A DNA stretch of 64,000 bases. Origin: Clostridium sp. UBA701 (GTDB lineage Bacteria > Bacillota > Clostridia > Clostridiales > Clostridiaceae). The DNA lies in contig DBMJ01000016.1 in NCBI GenBank assembly GCA_002298125.1, positions 1 to 64,000 on the forward strand, read 5' to 3'. Made by a program: the position numbers and the translations under genes. The notes below the pieces were generated by a model. That model had not been told where the DNA came from. It worked only from the letters and a program-made list of their open reading frames with translations, and ran no database searches. Of this stretch, positions 41,239 to 49,068 are shown in pieces (the stretch's first letter is position 1; the number at the start of each line of letters is the position of its first letter).

Positions 41239-41526
41239 ATGAAGGTTTTGACTGTATGCGGCATGGGAATGGGAACAAGCTTAATGCTCCTCATGGAAAT
41301 ACAATCTGTGGCCAAGAAGCATGGCATTGCAATTGAAGGAGAGGCGATAGACTTGGGTTCTGCCAAAGGAAGGACCTGTGATTTAATCGTAGCCTCTGCT
41401 GAAATAGCTAACGAGTTAAGCGATGTAAATGCAGAAATAGTTGGAATCAAAAATATCATTGACAGAGTGGAGATTGAACAAAAGGTAATGCCGGTTATCC
41501 AAAATATAATAAATAGGGGGAAATAA
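41239..41526 (+). CDS. PTS EIIB component, L-ascorbate (UlaB/SgaB) family
   Basis: 95 aa; MKVLTVCGMGMGTS active-site Cys motif. Confidence 0.85.
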   Translation: MKVLTVCGMGMGTSLMLLMEIQSVAKKHGIAIEGEAIDLGSAKGRTCDLIVASAEIANELSDVNAEIVGIKNIIDRVEIEQKVMPVIQNIINRGK

Positions 41527-41529
41527 AAT

Positions 41530-42792
41530 ATGTTAAATATCATTGTTGCGATTTTGAGTAATCCTGCTATAATAATTGCTTTAATTGCACTGATTGGACT
41601 TATTGCTCTTAGAAAAAATACATCTGACATTATAAAGGGTACTCTTAAGACATTACTGGGATTTTTAATTCTACAAGCTGGAGCAGGCATAATAGTTAAT
41701 GCACTGATACCCTTTAGTACAATGTTTACCAGTGCTTTTGGACTTACAGGCATAGTTGCAGAGGACAATTCCCTTGTGGCAGCTGTACAGACCATCTTAG
41801 GCACAGAAACTGCTCTTATCATGGTTTTTTCGTTCTTAATTAATTTAGTACTAGCTAGAGTTACAAAGTTCAAATATATATTCCTAACAGGACACATGAT
41901 GTTTTCCTTTGCAGGAACCATGGCCATAGTACTAGATCAGATGGGTATGCGCGGATGGAAGGCAATTCTAATAGGAAGTATCGTTCAAGGTATTTCTATG
42001 GTGTTGTTCCCAGCTATATCTCAATCCTCTGTACGTAAGGTAACTGGAAATGACAATGTAGCCTTTGGCTTCTGGGGAAGCTCCTGGATATCTCTTTCAG
42101 GCTGGCTTGGAGGGAAACTTGGGGACAAGTCCAAGAGCACTGAGGACATAAAGGTTCCAAAGTCAATAGACTTCTTAAAGGATATGTCTATATTAATGTC
42201 CATAGTAATGATAGTAGTTTATGTTGTTACTGCTATATTCGTTAATCCTGAGGAAGCAGCAAAGATTAGCAATGGTCAGAACATATACCTATTCTCTGTA
42301 ATGCAAGCCTTCACCTTTGTAGCAGGTATTTTAGTGCTGCTGCAGGGCGTTAGAATGTTCCTAGGTGAAATAGTTCCTGCCTTTAAGGGTATAGGAGAAA
42401 AGCTTGTTCCAGGTGCAAAGCCTGCACTGGATGTTCCAATATTCTATTCCTTCGCTCCAGTAGCTGTAACCTTTGGTTTCTTGTCTGCTGTTGTAGGAGG
42501 ACTTATAGTGACCTTTATTTCCAGCTGGCTGCCTGTTGTAGTACTACCATCAGTAATAGGCTTGTTCTTTATGGGAGGAGCAGCAGGAGTATTTGGCAAT
42601 GCTAGAGGAGGAAGAAGAGGCGCAATAATATCAGGCTTTATCCTTGGCTTTTCCTGGTCACTGCTTATTGCTCTTGCCTATCCACTGGTTGACATGGCAA
42701 AATATGGAGTACAGGGATTGTGGTTTGCTTCCCCTGATGCCATAATTGTTGTGATAATTATGAAGCTGGCAGGTATGATCTTTGGTGTATAA
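41530..42792 (+). CDS. PTS EIIC component, L-ascorbate (UlaA/SgaT) family
   Basis: 420 aa polytopic; UlaA-like pattern. Confidence 0.85.
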   Translation: MLNIIVAILSNPAIIIALIALIGLIALRKNTSDIIKGTLKTLLGFLILQAGAGIIVNALIPFSTMFTSAFGLTGIVAEDNSLVAAVQTILGTETALIMVFSFLINLVLARVTKFKYIFLTGHMMFSFAGTMAIVLDQMGMRGWKAILIGSIVQGISMVLFPAISQSSVRKVTGNDNVAFGFWGSSWISLSGWLGGKLGDKSKSTEDIKVPKSIDFLKDMSILMSIVMIVVYVVTAIFVNPEEAAKISNGQNIYLFSVMQAFTFVAGILVLLQGVRMFLGEIVPAFKGIGEKLVPGAKPALDVPIFYSFAPVAVTFGFLSAVVGGLIVTFISSWLPVVVLPSVIGLFFMGGAAGVFGNARGGRRGAIISGFILGFSWSLLIALAYPLVDMAKYGVQGLWFASPDAIIVVIIMKLAGMIFGV

Positions 42793-42811
42793 AATTCTAT
42801 AGCCATAAAAT

Positions 42812-42838
42812 AGCAAGCCCTCATTGTACATGAGGGCT
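42812..42838 (+). promoter_or_regulatory. intercistronic hairpin (AGCCCTCATgtacATGAGGGCT) between IIC and hydrolase genes
   Basis: 10-bp perfect palindrome without a clear T-run; possible processing/partial-termination element. Confidence 0.4.
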
Positions 42839-42857
42839 GCGCTATATCTTAAGGAGA

Positions 42858-43781
42858 GTGATAAATATGAAAAAAGTAAGGACAGTATTAGGGGATATCC
42901 CAATGGAGAACTTAGGTTTTACCTATTCCCATGAACATCTATGGTGTTATCCTCCAGAACATCAAAAGGACAGAGATTTGGAAATTTCAGATTATAATAA
43001 ATCCATTGGAGAATTAAATAATTTCAAGGCTGTTGGGGGAAAAACCCTGGTAGAGGCTTCTACCCTAGACTATGGCCGCAATGGAGCAAAGCTAAAGGCC
43101 ATGTCTCAAGAGACAGGAGTAAATGTAGTAGCCACCACAGGCTTTAACAAACATATTTACTTTCCAAAGTGGGTGGAGGAGGAATCCATTGAGCAGATAA
43201 AAGAAAGGCTTGTAAGAGATATTACCGTGGGTATGGATGGAAGCGATGCTAAGGCAGGGTTTTTTAAATCTGGTGCCTGGTATAACATGGTTCATCCCCT
43301 TGAAGATAAGGTTACAAGAGCCATAGCAAAAGCACACCTTGAAACTGGTGCTCCCATATGGCTGCATACAGAGGCTGGTACCATGGGCATGGAAATGCTA
43401 GACATACTTCAAGAGGAGGGAGTAGATCTAACCAAGGTAGCAGTAGGACATAGTGACAGAAATGCGGATCCTTATTATCACTTGAAGCTAGCGGAAAGAG
43501 GAGCCTATGTACAATTTGATGGGCCAGGAAAGGTGAAATATTATCCAGACAGCACCAGAGTAATGCTAATAAAGAATCTAATAGAGCATGGGTATTTAGA
43601 CAAGCTTCTTATCTCAGGAGATATGGGGCGTAAATCCTATTTAGAGGCCTATGGCGGAGGGCCAGGCTTTAGATTTATAGCTACTAAGTTTATAGCTAGA
43701 TTGCTGGATGAAGGTATAACACAGAAGGAGATTGATACAATCTTTGTGCACAATCCTGCACAATGGTTAGCTCAGTTCTAA
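42858..43781 (+). CDS. phosphotriesterase-family (PTE/Php, amidohydrolase) protein, probable lactonase
   Basis: 307 aa; GFTYSHEHL N-terminal His-His motif and conserved metal ligands of the PTE family. Confidence 0.85.
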   Translation: MINMKKVRTVLGDIPMENLGFTYSHEHLWCYPPEHQKDRDLEISDYNKSIGELNNFKAVGGKTLVEASTLDYGRNGAKLKAMSQETGVNVVATTGFNKHIYFPKWVEEESIEQIKERLVRDITVGMDGSDAKAGFFKSGAWYNMVHPLEDKVTRAIAKAHLETGAPIWLHTEAGTMGMEMLDILQEEGVDLTKVAVGHSDRNADPYYHLKLAERGAYVQFDGPGKVKYYPDSTRVMLIKNLIEHGYLDKLLISGDMGRKSYLEAYGGGPGFRFIATKFIARLLDEGITQKEIDTIFVHNPAQWLAQF

Positions 43782-43795
43782 GAGGAGGAATATGC

Positions 43796-44404
43796 ATGGG
43801 AAAGGGTAAGATAGTTGCCATAATGAGAGGTGTAGAGCCTGAGAATGCTGTGATGGTTGCAGGGGTTCTTTTGGAGGAGGGTATAAACTCCATGGAGGTC
43901 TCCTTAAGTGATGAGGAAAAGGGACTTCAATGCATAAGGGCAATAGCTGAGGCTTTTAAGGATAGGATTGATATTGGAGCAGGCACAGTAATTAATGAAG
44001 CTCAGGTTGACAAGGTAATAGCAGCAGGAGCAAGGTTTGTTATTACTCCTGGATGGGACAAAGAGCTGGTAAGATATATTATGCAGAAGGGTCTAAGGGT
44101 GTTTCCGGGAGTTTTTTCACCGGGGGAGATAATGGCAGCCATAAATGAAAAAGTAGAGATAATGAAGCTTTTTCCAGCTGGTACCCTTGGTACAGATTAT
44201 ATAAAAAATCTATTTGGACCATTTCCTAAGCTTAAACTAATGGCTGTTGGAGGAGTAAATAAGTCAAATATAAAAGCCTTCTATGCTGCAGGCTGTAGCT
44301 TTTTTGGAATTGGCAGTGACCTCATACCAAGAGGAGCAGGAGAAAGGGATCTAGAGTACATCAGAAAATCAGCTCAAGAGTACATGAGTATACTAAAGGA
44401 GTAG
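43796..44404 (+). CDS. KDPG/KHG aldolase (Eda) family protein
   Basis: ~203 aa from ATG 43796 (GAGGAGG RBS 8 nt upstream); IVAIMRGV..E.TL motifs. Confidence 0.75.
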   Translation: MGKGKIVAIMRGVEPENAVMVAGVLLEEGINSMEVSLSDEEKGLQCIRAIAEAFKDRIDIGAGTVINEAQVDKVIAAGARFVITPGWDKELVRYIMQKGLRVFPGVFSPGEIMAAINEKVEIMKLFPAGTLGTDYIKNLFGPFPKLKLMAVGGVNKSNIKAFYAAGCSFFGIGSDLIPRGAGERDLEYIRKSAQEYMSILKE

Positions 44405-44411
44405 AGGTTAA

Positions 44412-45158
44412 ATGTGTATTGTAAAAGAATTGATATTGATGAACCGAGATGAAGCAGCAGAGGCAGTAAGTGAATTTCCTGTGGCAGTGCTGCCCTTAGG
44501 TGCTACGGAGCAGCATGGCCATCATCTTCCTCTTGGAACAGATGTGTTTCTTGCAGAGGGTATTGCACGTAGGCTTTGTGCAAACACGGGAGCACTTTTG
44601 CTTCCCTCAATACCCTTTGGATATTCATGGGTGTGGAGAGATATTCCAGGCACAGTAACCATCGAAGAGGATATGGAGGAGGAGCTCATAAAGCAGGTAG
44701 CTCACAGCGTATCAAGATACGGAATAAAGCTTCTTATATTGGTAAACGGCCATGATGCAAATAATGCTGCTATGAAGTATGCCACCAGAGAGCTAATGGA
44801 TGAGCTTCAAATGCCAGTGGTATATCTATTCTATCCAAACCTGCAAAAGATAATTGATCAGTATTGTGAATCACCTACCTGGCATGGAATGATTCACGCT
44901 TGTGAATTTGAGACTTCACTTATGTTAGCTATAAAGCCTGAGCTTGTGAAAATGCATAGAGCAGTAAGGGAGTATCCTGAAAAGCCAATGCTCTATGGAA
45001 AGTCCACCATATCACTAGGAAACTTAAGTGCAAGCGGGGTATATGGAGATCCAACCTTAGCTACAAGGGAAAAAGGAGAATTAATGCTAGATAGCTTTGT
45101 AAACTCTATGACAAGCTTGGTAATGGAGGCAATAAAGACTCTTAAGTGTCCAAAATAG
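44412..45158 (+). CDS. creatininase-family (creatinine amidohydrolase-like) metal-dependent hydrolase
   Basis: 248 aa; LPLGATEQHGHHLPLGTD signature. Confidence 0.8.
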   Translation: MCIVKELILMNRDEAAEAVSEFPVAVLPLGATEQHGHHLPLGTDVFLAEGIARRLCANTGALLLPSIPFGYSWVWRDIPGTVTIEEDMEEELIKQVAHSVSRYGIKLLILVNGHDANNAAMKYATRELMDELQMPVVYLFYPNLQKIIDQYCESPTWHGMIHACEFETSLMLAIKPELVKMHRAVREYPEKPMLYGKSTISLGNLSASGVYGDPTLATREKGELMLDSFVNSMTSLVMEAIKTLKCPK

Positions 45159-45191
45159 AGTGACAGAGATAGGATTTTAGGAGGATGCAAC

Positions 45192-45455
45192 ATGGTTTCA
45201 AAAGACATTTTAGTTCGTAACAGTACAGGTATTCATACTAGACCGGCCTCCTTATTTGTCAAGGCTGCATCTCAATTCCAATCCGATATATATGTGGAAA
45301 AGGAAGATAAAAGTGCAAACGGCAAATCTATGCTAGGAGTGCTTTCACTGTGTATAAATTGTGGTTCGATAATAAAGATAAGAGCAGAGGGACCCGATGA
45401 GAAAGCAGCAGTTTATAAGCTAGTGGAGCTTGTAGAGACCGGTTTAGAGGAGTAA
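45192..45455 (+). CDS. ptsH: phosphocarrier protein HPr
   Basis: 87 aa; active-site GIHTRPA (His15) and regulatory Ser (KSxxGVL) present. Confidence 0.85.
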   Translation: MVSKDILVRNSTGIHTRPASLFVKAASQFQSDIYVEKEDKSANGKSMLGVLSLCINCGSIIKIRAEGPDEKAAVYKLVELVETGLEE

Positions 45456-45551
45456 GGTTTTTCATTTGAGCAGTAAAAAAATGTAGACCGTTATAGTTAA
45501 AACAATATTGAAATGGGTAAGAGGGTGATGGTATAATATAAATACAAATAA

Positions 45552-45626
45552 GGCTCCTTGGTCAAGCGGTTAAGACACCACCCTCTCACGGTGGTATCAG
45601 GGGTTCGAGTCCCCTAGGAGTCACCA
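45552..45626 (+). tRNA. tRNA-Glu with anticodon CUC (includes encoded CCA)
   Basis: Cloverleaf by eye: acceptor GGCTCCT/AGGAGTC, anticodon stem CCACC/GGTGG with loop CTCTCAC, T-arm AGGGG-TTCGAGT-CCCCT; aligns to bacterial tRNA-Glu except position 34 is C rather than U. Confidence 0.8.
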
Positions 45627-45659
45627 TAAAAAACCTGCAGTATTTCTGCAGGTTTTTTG
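45627..45659 (+). terminator. intrinsic terminator after tRNA (AAAAAACCTGCAGtatttCTGCAGGTTTTTTG)
   Basis: perfect stem + T6. Confidence 0.7.
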
Positions 45660-45733
45660 TTGCTTACATATTGTTTATATTTTACATATATAGATATATA
45701 ATAGTATATATCTATATATTGGGGGATGCGAGA

Positions 45734-45937
45734 ATGAAAAGAAGAATATTAATGTCTTTAGCTGTTATAGCACTTCTATTATCTGTCTATATAGTTTACG
45801 TTAATTCTAAGTCAGTATTATATGTGGGGAAAGTGAATACAGCCCTGGTAAACCACAGGGGGATTCAAACAGGAGACAAAACCTTTTATTTAAGGCTATT
45901 ATTATTGGAAGTGAAAAGCTGGTGCTTAAATATATAA
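45734..45937 (+). CDS. small hypothetical protein with N-terminal signal/TM segment (67 aa)
   Basis: ATG with GGGGG RBS; MKRRILMSLAVIALLLSVYIV..; no family recognised. Confidence 0.3.
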   Translation: MKRRILMSLAVIALLLSVYIVYVNSKSVLYVGKVNTALVNHRGIQTGDKTFYLRLLLLEVKSWCLNI

Positions 45938-46127
45938 ATACAGACAATTCAGAGGTTGACAATGAAATTGTACTTAATATTACTGTAAAGTAATTGCTAA
46001 TAGGATAAAGTCTTCTATTGTAGATTAAAAAACTGCAATAGAAGACTTTATTGTTTAAAATGAATAGATTTACGTAACCTTTCTATTGTCCTATAATTAA
46101 AATAGTGAAATCTGGGAGGTAAATTCC

Positions 46128-49067
46128 ATGGATAAGATAATATATTTTTTGCCACTGTATTCAGATAATAGGGAGCAGCTTATAGATAAGTGCTGCAAGC
46201 TTCAGAATAAAGGACAGAATTTTTTATACATACTGCCCTCAAGAGGGGCTTTGTCCTCAGTAAGACAGAGCTTTTTAGATAAAAGAGGGGGACTTATTAA
46301 CAGCTCCATTATAATGTTTGATGAGCTAGAGAGACTTTTATGCAGGGAAGTCCTAGCTGAGAGCAGGATAATAAATTCCAGGGTGAAGGAGGAGCTTCTT
46401 CAAGAGAGTGTTGAAAGAAATAGAGACAAGCTCTTATATTTTAAAAAACTAAGCAGCAGTATGGGCTTTATAAGAGAGCTGTCCTCTCTTATCTCTCGCA
46501 TGAAAAGGGAGTGCAAAACTTGGGAGGAGCTTATTATTCTCTCAAGCAGCTATGCCAATTCTCCTCTTAGTAAAAAGCTTCAGGACATAGCAATGCTTTA
46601 TAGGGCTTATGAGGATATAAAAAAAGCTAAGAGACTTTACGATAGCGAAGATATTTCTAAGTTTGCAATAGAGGAGGCAGCCGCAAATCCTATATGGCAA
46701 AGCATAGATACTATAGTTATAGATGGCTTTATAAACATAGACAGGGTAAATAAAGAGCTTATAAAAACCATAGCTAAGCAGGATAGGGTTAGTATATACA
46801 TAAACCTTCCTTATAGAAATGAGCTTCTAGAGCCTTTTTTAAATAGTGAAATTAATGAGGAGCTATTATCTTTAGGCTTTCAGCTTGTAACTAATGAAAC
46901 ATCTCAGCATAAGGCAGCAGCCGCCTTAAAGGAGCTTTCTCTGGGGCTCTATAGTGGAGAAAAATGCAACTCCTCCTGTGATGGTATAGTGCTTAGAAGC
47001 TTTCCCTGTGTGGAAGCTGAGGTGAGAGAGGCTGCGCGCTGCATAAAGAAGAGTCTTATGGAGGGTATGGAACCATCTCATATAGCTCTATATGTAAATA
47101 ATCTAGACCTATATGAAAAATCCATAACCTCAATATTTAGTGAATATAATATACCTCATAATTTAGGTCAGCGGGAAAAGCTTATAAATGTGCGTTTCGT
47201 AAGAGAGCTTATAACTGACTGCACCTGGCTCCAAGAGGAGGACACTATAGAAAAGCATCTCTTAAAGCTTGAGGATAGGCTTAGGGAGGAAAGAGAAAAA
47301 TTAAATAATGCTGCAGAAGCAATGCTTTTGGGAAATTTGACTAACACTGAAGCCATTTACCTAAGAGGGTATAAGGGGCTGCAAGGCATAATTGCTCTTT
47401 GGAGGAGTCAAAATTACCTACTGCAGCAAGGAAATAAAATTATTTCCCGGGAAAAGTTTGTAGAACAGATGAGGCAGTGGGTGGAGGAGGCTACAGTTAC
47501 CCTTAAAAAAGGCTTTAATACTGGAGTAAATATTTTAAATACAGATCTTGCTAAGGGAATATATTTTAAGGAAGTGTATATTCTTGGCCTAAATGAGGGA
47601 GAGGTGCCTAAGGCTGCTGAAAAGTCTGTGATATTTAATGGTGAAGAGAAGAGAAGACTTATGGAGGAGGGCTTTACGCTAAGAAGCGGAAGCTATGAAC
47701 AGTATAGAGAAAAGATAAGATTCAATCTAGCATTAGCTTCAGCTGAAGAAAGGCTCTACCTAAGCTGTAGAAATGCAGGAGAAAAGGGAGAGTTTGCAAT
47801 ACCCTCCTCTTTTATGGAGGAGGTATGCTATCTAACCTCAAGGTCAATTGTAAAATATTCTATGAAGGACAGGTTTTATAAGAATTTTTCAGAGCTAATG
47901 AGCAGGAGAGAGCTTGAAGAAAGCAGTCTAGTAAGCTACTGTGAAGCTCTTTATGAGGGCAGTATTACTGTAGAGGATCTAAGCTGTGGACTTTCAAGCC
48001 TATGCTCAAAGGGAGACATCTCCTCCACTCTTGTGGAATATCACAGGGAGTATGAGGAGGACTTTGACAGCTATGAGGGAATGGTGGGAGGAGCTTTTCT
48101 ACCTCAGGTGAGCAGCTTTTTCACCTATAGCGGCAGCAGCTTCAACGGCTATTTTCAATGTCCCTTTAGATATATGCTGGACAATATTTTTAAGCTACAG
48201 GAGTTTGAAGAAGAGGAGGAGGAGTTCTCCGCCATAGAGCTTGGACAACTATACCATAGGGTACTTGCAGCCTATTACAAAGAGGCAGACTATTGGCATA
48301 GTGTAAATGAGAAGCTCCTAAGTGAAAAATATGATGAGGAATACAGCAAGCTAAGACCCTTAGAGCTGCCAAAGCTTGTACTTGATACCTTAAGGGAAAA
48401 ATATTATAAAATCCTTAAGGACTTTATAGCTGCAGACCTAACTAGGCTTTCGGGCTATGAAAAGCTTACAGGAAGGGTACTAAGACCCTATAGGCTTGAG
48501 TGGTCTCTTCAAAATTATGACTTTTTAGGCATTCCCTTAAAAGGTATAGTGGATAGAGTGGATTTAGAATATGAGAAGGTAGAGGGAGGTTTAAAGCCTA
48601 CAGGAGCTTATGTCATCTATGATTATAAGAGGAAGTCGAGCTCCTCCTCCCCTAAAAATCTCAAGGATATAGTGTCAGGCAGGGATTGTCAGCTTCCCAT
48701 TTACTACTACCTGGCAGAAGAGCAGCTTAAAAACATTCTTAAGCTAGAGAATATAAGGTGCATGGGGCTTTTATATATGTATGTGGAAAATTTGAATAAG
48801 ACTGCCCCCAAGGCTTCAGGGATACTTTTAAATGAAGATAAAAAGGCCTTAGGCTATTCAAGAAGTGAAGGGATAAGTACACCAGCCTTTAAGGTAGTAG
48901 TGCAGCAGGTTCAGGATTTGGTTAAAGAGGCTCTTACCAAAATTAAAAGCGGAAGCTTTAACTATAAGCCATACTGTTATCACAAAGAGAGCAGCTTTGC
49001 CTATCCATGCAGATATGGAAATCTATGCCGCTATAGCAAAAATAAAATACGAAGGGGAGGGATTTAA
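46128..49067 (+). CDS. rexB: helicase-nuclease subunit B, RexB/AddB type (inactive helicase-like N-terminus, C-terminal RecB-type nuclease with Fe-S Cys staple)
   Basis: 979 aa; N-terminus LYILPSRGALSS resembles RexB (no Walker A); nuclease motif GIVDRVD..YVIYDYK; Cys pattern C(FQCPF)...YCYHKESSFAYPCRYGNLC. Confidence 0.8.
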   Translation: MDKIIYFLPLYSDNREQLIDKCCKLQNKGQNFLYILPSRGALSSVRQSFLDKRGGLINSSIIMFDELERLLCREVLAESRIINSRVKEELLQESVERNRDKLLYFKKLSSSMGFIRELSSLISRMKRECKTWEELIILSSSYANSPLSKKLQDIAMLYRAYEDIKKAKRLYDSEDISKFAIEEAAANPIWQSIDTIVIDGFINIDRVNKELIKTIAKQDRVSIYINLPYRNELLEPFLNSEINEELLSLGFQLVTNETSQHKAAAALKELSLGLYSGEKCNSSCDGIVLRSFPCVEAEVREAARCIKKSLMEGMEPSHIALYVNNLDLYEKSITSIFSEYNIPHNLGQREKLINVRFVRELITDCTWLQEEDTIEKHLLKLEDRLREEREKLNNAAEAMLLGNLTNTEAIYLRGYKGLQGIIALWRSQNYLLQQGNKIISREKFVEQMRQWVEEATVTLKKGFNTGVNILNTDLAKGIYFKEVYILGLNEGEVPKAAEKSVIFNGEEKRRLMEEGFTLRSGSYEQYREKIRFNLALASAEERLYLSCRNAGEKGEFAIPSSFMEEVCYLTSRSIVKYSMKDRFYKNFSELMSRRELEESSLVSYCEALYEGSITVEDLSCGLSSLCSKGDISSTLVEYHREYEEDFDSYEGMVGGAFLPQVSSFFTYSGSSFNGYFQCPFRYMLDNIFKLQEFEEEEEEFSAIELGQLYHRVLAAYYKEADYWHSVNEKLLSEKYDEEYSKLRPLELPKLVLDTLREKYYKILKDFIAADLTRLSGYEKLTGRVLRPYRLEWSLQNYDFLGIPLKGIVDRVDLEYEKVEGGLKPTGAYVIYDYKRKSSSSSPKNLKDIVSGRDCQLPIYYYLAEEQLKNILKLENIRCMGLLYMYVENLNKTAPKASGILLNEDKKALGYSRSEGISTPAFKVVVQQVQDLVKEALTKIKSGSFNYKPYCYHKESSFAYPCRYGNLCRYSKNKIRRGGI

Positions 49068-49068
49068 T

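Noticed and set aside
45671-45733. 5' extension of the small ORF (MFIFYIYRYIIVYIYILGDAR)
   Set aside because: It reads through a perfect AT palindrome and has no RBS. The ATG at 45734 with a GGGGG RBS is the credible start.
45552-46127. tRNA-adjacent genomic island/prophage integration
   Set aside because: There is no integrase, no direct repeat of the tRNA 3' end (only an 8-nt chance match at ~53130) and the downstream genes are core (rexAB).
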